Below, piece by piece: positions 21,801 through 27,011 of a stretch of 27,011 bases of DNA (within the stretch, counting starts at the first letter, position 1; every line of letters starts with the position of its first letter). A program made the translations under genes and the position numbers. Origin of the DNA: Marsupella aquatica (lineage: Eukaryota > Plantae > Marchantiophyta); contig OZ316898.1 of assembly GCA_973895155.1 (NCBI GenBank), forward strand, positions 99,640 through 126,650, read 5' to 3'. A model generated the notes under the pieces. The model did not search any database. It was not told the origin of the DNA and saw only the letters and a program-made list of their open reading frames with translations.

Positions 21801-21900
21801 TCAGAGAAGATAGTAGTGGCGACCTAGAGAGAACGAGAGAGCTGGGGTCGAAGCTGGCGCGTGGACTGATGGACTGGTGCACTACAAAGGGTTGGCTCCC

Positions 21901-21908
21901 CTTTTATA
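21901..21908 (-). promoter_or_regulatory. TATA box upstream of ORF-B copy 2
   Basis: CTTTTATA on the + strand reads TATAAAAG on the - strand, ~100 nt upstream of ATG 21800. Confidence 0.65.
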
Positions 21909-22266
21909 CTTTGAGGGCTTGTTGGTCTCCGACGTCTCCTCGACGCCCATAGGCTGAACCGCTCACACTTGTGGTGTACCGGCCACTCCGCCGGTCTGAG
22001 TCAGCGTGCGTCAGCGGCCGCTTCCTTAAGTTCGTTATACGGACCCGAGGGAGGGGCCCTTCCACGCTTGTAACCCGGGTGTGCGAATAGCGACCCGCCG
22101 CCAGCCCGAACCTGAAGTCCCCCTTATTGCCTAATGATGTCCTACCCTTAATGATTACCTAAATACTGTCGTTATGCTAATAATAGCGGCCTAAGACCCT
22201 TCTAACGCGCGTGCCGAGCGCAGTTAGACTGAATCACTCATTAACCGCCGTACCGGCGGTGTCACA

Positions 22267-22354
22267 GCTGTGTATCATGCCACCCGACGAGCTGCTGCAG
22301 TCGAGCTCTCTCCCGTTGAATCACTCTTTCTTCCCTTGGCGTAAGGTCAATCAT
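22267..22354 (-). pseudogene. gag: gag of family A, first ~29 codons
   Basis: MIDLTPREERVIQRERARLQQLVGWHDTQ matches 15399-15486. Confidence 0.9.
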
Positions 22355-22402
22355 TACCTACGCTTCCGTTCTAACTTCATATCTCACGGCCTGAAGAAAT
22401 GC

Positions 22403-22420
22403 CCCCTCCATCTAGCGCCA
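22403..22420 (-). other. Primer binding site of family A, likely tRNA-Asn
   Basis: Reverse complement is TGGCGCTAGATGGAGGGG, 4 nt after the LTR end. Confidence 0.85.
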
Positions 22421-22424
22421 AAAA

Positions 22425-25400
22425 TGTGGTGCGTCCCATGGCTCCCTAAACCCAAGAAACCCCCCAACTCAAGCCGATTCCCGCAGGTTTCGCGCTTGGC
22501 GAGGCCATTTCCGCGGCTTAGCGGCATGGGACGCTGCTAACCTTCTACTACTACTATTAACATTTTACACACATATACTGGACAGATCCTTCATCGGGTC
22601 ATGAGATACGTAGCCGGCCTAATCTAGGCCTTCCCTCGTCTTCCCCTCCGTCTTGTTAGGTATGTTTGGATTCCGCCGCCGGAATGATCCCCAATAGGCT
22701 TGGTTAAGCCGCTAAGACCTCTCTCAGCTTGACACATCCAACTCTCACTCCCCTGCTTACTTTCCTTCCTTCTGGTTGATGTGGGCACTCTTCACACAAG
22801 TTAATGCGACACACAAATAGCAAAATGACTCATTCTGACTGAGTCATACCATGCACTTGCCATACAAACAGTACATCTCATACACAAGCTCTGCGAACTA
22901 AGCCGTGAGGCCAACTCTATTCAGCTCTTAGGCATGAGGAAACATGAATATACACAAGGGTCACTGTATGACTAACCGAGAGCTTCTCACGCCTCCTCCC
23001 ACTCACGCCTCCTCCCTCCACGTCCGCCCTCCCTAAAAGGAACGGCGCCCTTGCACCGTCACGACACCGGTGGTGGATCCTTAATGGACGCCCCCAACGC
23101 TTCCTCCTCAGCCATTGCCGTAGGTTCATTCTCTGACAGATTACCTGCCCTTGACTGAGTCAACTCTCCATCGGCCTGACTGGGTCCACCATCGGCGTTG
23201 GCATCGGGTCGGGAATCGGTTACGGCCTCAGCCCCGGCTACGGTCTCCCCGGCCTGCTCAAGAGGCAGATCTGGGATACCGGCCTCATTACTGAGTAGTT
23301 CGGCTTGGGCCGCACCACCCCCACCTGTGATGATAGCGGGATCTATTGCCGTATTCATGCCGGAGGATGGTGCTGGGTCTACCTCCTTGGTCACCACGGC
23401 TTGTGGAGTCGGATTACTCCTTGACCTTGAAGGTTTCCGCTTCTTCTTCTTTTCTGGTTCGGCAGCTGGTCCCTTCCCCTTCCCACTTACTTCCGGCACT
23501 GGTGCAGGTGGCGCGGCTTTTTCTTCGGCTAGTACCACTCCTGGTAACTTGGTTGCCCCAATTGGAGTTGGGCCTGATGAAGACAAGCACTTAAATACTG
23601 CGGCTTGTTTCTTCAGCCGCTCCGTTTGGTTGTTGGCCCGCCGCTGGAGGTTCTCCATCTTCCTCGTGATTTCCTCCAACTCCTCCTGGGTCTCATCCAG
23701 GTCCTTGCGCGCCTCCTCTAGTTCCTTCTGGGCTTCCTCCCGTTCTTGTTTCAAGGTAGTCCTCTCCTCCCGGGTTGCTCTTAGCTCCTTGTCGAGCTCT
23801 GCAATGATGACAGACTCCATCTGGTTCATCTTGGCGTAAGTCTGATCGAGCATCTCGTCCTTCTCCCTTAGGTCGGCCTTGAAGCTGGCCGTCAGGGACG
23901 CAAGCTCCTGCTGCAGCGCCATAATCCCTTGATAGGATTTCCCTAACTCGGCCTCCTTCTGCTCAAGGGCTCCGCGGATTTTCTCAAGCTCCCCCTTCAA
24001 CGCCCATTCCTTTCTTTGGGTCTCCGCCATGGCCCGGCTGTTGGCTGTTATGTGGGCCTCCTTTGTTTTCTTCAGCTCTCGCTTCCACTTCTCCCTCTCT
24101 TTGATCGTATCGGCCAACTCTCCCTGCGTCTGAGTCAGTTTATCTTTGATATTCTGATTATCAGCCTGCGTGGTGTCCAACTGCCCCTGCATGATGTTCA
24201 GCTCATGCCGTTTAATCCGCAGTTCATCTTGGGCTTTCTTGGCCGCCCTTAGATCTTCAATCTCGGCTTCCATCCTCCTAAGCCGCCGAATGACCTCGTC
24301 CTTCTTGCTTCTCTCTAAGGCCACCGCTTCTTCTAATTGGTGCTTCTCCAACTGCTCCCTATGGAAAAAGGGTCCTACCTCCAACTCCTCTCCAAAGATG
24401 CCGAGCACAAGTTCCCCACACATCTCACCATACTCCATGGCTCTATTCTTAGCGTAGGTGGAGTAAGTAGAAGTGATCGGCATCGCCCATCGCGGCCTCT
24501 GCTCCCAAGCCGTCTTGCGGATCTCTTCAATCGTGGCTAGAGGTTTGCTTCCTTTTTCGGCTAGCCGCCTGATGTCCTCCGGCCAATCTCCTCCTGGTAA
24601 ATCCTTTTCCCTAGCCAGGGCTGCCTCCTCTTCCTGCCTGATTCGCTCCTGAAATTCCTGCACCGTCTGTTTTATGCCGTCAAAGCTTGGGGGAGCAACA
24701 TCTGGTGGGGGAGACTCAGGGCTACTCTGCTGGTTGGGGTCCCCTCGCACTACCCTTGGAAGTGTGGGGACAAACCGGCCACAGGTCCTTACTCCTGGAA
24801 CGTGATGGTCCGACCCATAGCCGGAATTATCATGGCTGCAGTCCTCCACTGCCTCCTCTACTTCTTGGATGTCCGGCTTCTCCCTCTCCTCTTCGTCGGT
24901 AGGAGCTTCAGGCAATTCTGCCTCAGATTCGGAGCTTGAGACTCCCACATACATTCGAACACCTGGCTTGGATTCCGGCCTGATTCTCTCCTTGTCTCCA
25001 GCAAAGGGGTTTTCTCTTGTGAGCCGGTGTAGGCCTACCTCTGTAGTAGTGTCCTGCATTGTTGCCGTTGCCGTTGTCGTTGCCGATGCCGATCTCTTTT
25101 CTTTCTCCAATAGTTTCAGCAGACTCTGCATGCCTGGTTGCTGCATCGGCAAGTCCTCCTTCCTGGGCCTAAACACCTGCTCGATCGTAGGGCTAACAGG
25201 TGGTTGAGGCTTCTCAGCCAACGGCCTCGGCGTTGGAGCTTCCTCGGGTGCCCTTACCTGCAGGGGAAGTATTGGGGCAAAAGTCTGACCTCTCGCATAC
25301 CGGCACAACAGCGGCATGTGATAGCCAAGCCGCGACACGCTCCCCATGCCGATTACCTGCTGCTCCTCCTTTAAGATCTTCTTCAATTGGTTGAGGAGGT

Positions 25401-26809
25401 ACCCGTTGTAGTCCCGGCTTGGGTCTGGCCTCTCTGCCAGATAGATCTGTGCCTTGCCGATCTCTGCCCTCGGCAAGTTACAATGCATGGTCACCCGCAA
25501 GAAGTCGATCATCTCTCCTATGTGCGGGTTGGTGCAGGTGTTCCGGAAGAAGCCATTCTTCGTTGATGGCCCGGGGAACGACCGGAACTCCTTGTCAAGC
25601 AAGGTCTTCCTGGTATCAACTTTGGTCTTATTGCCTATCGGCAAGCCAAACACTTCGGCAATTACTTTGGGAGTAAGATAGAAATCCTTCCCATATATCC
25701 TCGTGCAATTGGTCTTGGGTTCCCATGACCCCACGAATTCTAATAGGTCTGACTTCGGTACCTCCGGCTTCAGCCATGGTAATCTTACAAAGGCCTCTAA
25801 GCCGGATCCGGCCATGAAGCCTTGGTACTTCTTGGTCTGCATGGCCGTAAAGCATGCATCCTCCTCCCGTGCAAAATGTAGTTGCACCTCCACCGGTAGG
25901 GTTGCCGCCCAGCCCTTCCAGGTGTCATCCCTGGTTGGAATGGCCTTGATGGGATCGACCTCCTCCTCTTCGGCTTCTCCCTGCCTCCTGCTCTGCTGCT
26001 CGGCTGACTTCTTTGGTGCCGCCGACCTCGTTCTTTTTGCTGGGGTGGCTTCATCGTTGATGGCTCCCTTCCTCTTCATCTCTGCTGCCGTGGAGGTTTC
26101 TCCTAGCACCGTTGCCTGGGTCCACCTTTCCGTGCTACCCTTTAATTCCCAGTGTATGTCGTTGCAGTTCTTGATGGCCTCTCGGATGCCGACGACGCTG
26201 TCTTTGCAAAACAGAAGATCGTCGAGTTGATTGGAAGTAGGCATCCACAGGAACTCGTCCTTGATGAGTTCGCCTCCTAAGAAAGCCGTCTTCTGCAGCT
26301 CCCACAATCGAGCGAGCTCCTGCCGTTCTCGAGCTGCCCTTTCTGATTCCTCATCCTCGTAAGTCTTGATGTACTCAGTTGCCCGTTCGAACAGGCATCC
26401 CCATAAATGTGCCGCTTGATTGACATTGCTCATACCCTCCTTAGGTCGATCGTCGGTATCTACTCTCTCCCCGAGTGCTTGCCTAAGCAGCTGATAGTAG
26501 TTGGCCTCCCGTAGTCGTCTGCCTAGTTCGTGCTCGCAAATGAGCCACCATCTCCTGCAAGCGCTCCTTACCCCTCTCCTCTGCCGGTCCTTCTTCCCGT
26601 TGATCCTTCCTAGCCGCCGACGCTTAACGCGCCCTAACCCTAATCGATTTTTCACCCTCAGCGTCCTTACCTCCAGCCTCGGCCCGGGTTCCATGGTTGC
26701 CCCTAATTGTTTATATTTTCCTTGTTTTGTCCCTATACTAAGGTGTTCCTAGGGTGCCTTCCTGCTTTACCCACTTAACTGGCCGAGTGATTCCTGTCTA
26801 GGCATCACA
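22425..26809 (-). repeat. LTR-A copy 4, both ends present (4385 bp; ~0.29-kb deletion near 22990)
   Basis: TGTGATGC...GCACCACA (7/8 inverted match). Same termini as the TSD-flanked solo copy. Followed by PBS and gag. Confidence 0.95.
23059..26694 (-). CDS. LTR-encoded accessory protein ORF-A, intact 1211 aa (basic N-terminus, helical N-domain, PMD-like domain, acidic linker, ~250-aa coiled coil, KKKKRK, disordered tail)
   Basis: Uninterrupted 3636-nt ORF with strong start context (CAACCATGG), starting 115 nt inside the LTR 5' end. Indels versus copy 1 preserve the frame. Confidence 0.9.
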   Translation of the reverse strand: MEPGPRLEVRTLRVKNRLGLGRVKRRRLGRINGKKDRQRRGVRSACRRWWLICEHELGRRLREANYYQLLRQALGERVDTDDRPKEGMSNVNQAAHLWGCLFERATEYIKTYEDEESERAARERQELARLWELQKTAFLGGELIKDEFLWMPTSNQLDDLLFCKDSVVGIREAIKNCNDIHWELKGSTERWTQATVLGETSTAAEMKRKGAINDEATPAKRTRSAAPKKSAEQQSRRQGEAEEEEVDPIKAIPTRDDTWKGWAATLPVEVQLHFAREEDACFTAMQTKKYQGFMAGSGLEAFVRLPWLKPEVPKSDLLEFVGSWEPKTNCTRIYGKDFYLTPKVIAEVFGLPIGNKTKVDTRKTLLDKEFRSFPGPSTKNGFFRNTCTNPHIGEMIDFLRVTMHCNLPRAEIGKAQIYLAERPDPSRDYNGYLLNQLKKILKEEQQVIGMGSVSRLGYHMPLLCRYARGQTFAPILPLQVRAPEEAPTPRPLAEKPQPPVSPTIEQVFRPRKEDLPMQQPGMQSLLKLLEKEKRSASATTTATATMQDTTTEVGLHRLTRENPFAGDKERIRPESKPGVRMYVGVSSSESEAELPEAPTDEEEREKPDIQEVEEAVEDCSHDNSGYGSDHHVPGVRTCGRFVPTLPRVVRGDPNQQSSPESPPPDVAPPSFDGIKQTVQEFQERIRQEEEAALAREKDLPGGDWPEDIRRLAEKGSKPLATIEEIRKTAWEQRPRWAMPITSTYSTYAKNRAMEYGEMCGELVLGIFGEELEVGPFFHREQLEKHQLEEAVALERSKKDEVIRRLRRMEAEIEDLRAAKKAQDELRIKRHELNIMQGQLDTTQADNQNIKDKLTQTQGELADTIKEREKWKRELKKTKEAHITANSRAMAETQRKEWALKGELEKIRGALEQKEAELGKSYQGIMALQQELASLTASFKADLREKDEMLDQTYAKMNQMESVIIAELDKELRATREERTTLKQEREEAQKELEEARKDLDETQEELEEITRKMENLQRRANNQTERLKKQAAVFKCLSSSGPTPIGATKLPGVVLAEEKAAPPAPVPEVSGKGKGPAAEPEKKKKRKPSRSRSNPTPQAVVTKEVDPAPSSGMNTAIDPAIITGGGGAAQAELLSNEAGIPDLPLEQAGETVAGAEAVTDSRPDANADGGPSQADGELTQSRAGNLSENEPTAMAEEEALGASIKDPPPVS

Positions 26810-26818
26810 GCAAACTAC

Positions 26819-27011
26819 AACCAGACTTATGCCAAGATGAATAACATGGAGTCTGAGGTCGTAGCGGAGCTTGACAAGGAGCTAAGAGCAACCCAGGAGG
26901 AGAGGGCTACCACCAAGAAGGAATTGGAGGAAGCCCACAGGGAATTGGAGGAAGCCAAAAATGAGCTGGAGAAGGCACGTAAAGACCTGGATGAGACCCA
27001 GGAGGAGTTGG
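26819..27011 (+). pseudogene. Fragment of another LTR-A ORF (coiled-coil region, copy-3 subtype) flanking the - strand element
   Basis: CCAGACTTATGCCAAGATGAATAACATGGAGTCTGAGGTCGTAGC... matches 14178-14368. Confidence 0.88.

Larger units (their letters stand above)
18245..22271 (-). mobile_element. Solo LTR-B (18250-22266, 4017 bp) flanked by 5-bp TSD GCTGT
   Basis: GCTGT at 18245-18249 and 22267-22271. The empty site matches 15472-15500 (GGCATGATACACAGCGACTGAGAGG), and excision restores the gag frame. Confidence 0.96.
15884..26809 (-). mobile_element. Family A Ty3/gypsy element, 3'-truncated: 5' LTR, PBS, gag-protease (carrying a nested solo LTR-B)
   Basis: LTR 26809-22425, PBS 22420-22403, gag ATG 22354, then gag-PR frame to ~15884. 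Confidence 0.92.

Noticed and set aside
18250-22266. The 4-kb TG...CA unit as a DNA transposon or a complete small LTR element
   Set aside because: It has no transposase or integrase motif and no terminal direct repeats, and the same unit elsewhere sits exactly between a PPT and a PBS, which defines an LTR.
23198-26230. Many 60-210-aa antisense ORFs recurring in each LTR copy
   Set aside because: They are shadows of the biased sense ORF; recurrence only reflects copy identity.
23059-26694. ORF-A as an env gene or a captured host myosin/SMC gene
   Set aside because: There is no signal peptide, transmembrane helix, ATPase or motor motif, and no introns. Similarity would come only from coiled-coil composition.
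1-27011. Reverse transcriptase, RNaseH, chromodomain, tRNA or host genes; exact lineage and species
   Set aside because: No such motifs were seen. Without RT/RH, placement beyond non-chromovirus Ty3/gypsy and the host identity cannot be determined.

Overview
The whole window is a nest of two related non-chromovirus Ty3/gypsy LTR-retrotransposon families (called A and B here). It is probably from a plant: the PBS matches plant tRNA-Asn, the integrase is Athila/Tat-like, and decay is mostly C-to-T at CG/CHG. No host gene, RT or RNaseH is visible. Order: LTR-A(+, 1-3541); B integrase (3542-4751); PPT; LTR-B(+, 4719-8786); PBS; gag-B split by a solo LTR-A(-, 9308-11394, TSD CGGGG); deletion junction into LTR-A(+, 12409-15329); PBS; start of gag-A; junction at ~15884 to an opposite-strand A element (gag-protease split by a solo LTR-B, 18250-22266, TSD GCTGT; PBS; LTR-A 22425-26809); then a further LTR-A fragment. 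The main observation is that both LTRs are very long (~4.0 kb and ~4.4-4.7 kb) and each contains a whole sense-strand gene inside the LTR: 1211 aa and intact in A, ~882 codons in B. The LTR DNAs show no obvious similarity, yet the two proteins share a ~180-aa domain resembling plant mobile domain/plant-transposon accessory domains, plus a long coiled coil and a basic NLS-like motif. Every full element would carry two copies of the gene and every solo LTR would keep one. All alignments were done by eye; domain names and novelty need database checks.
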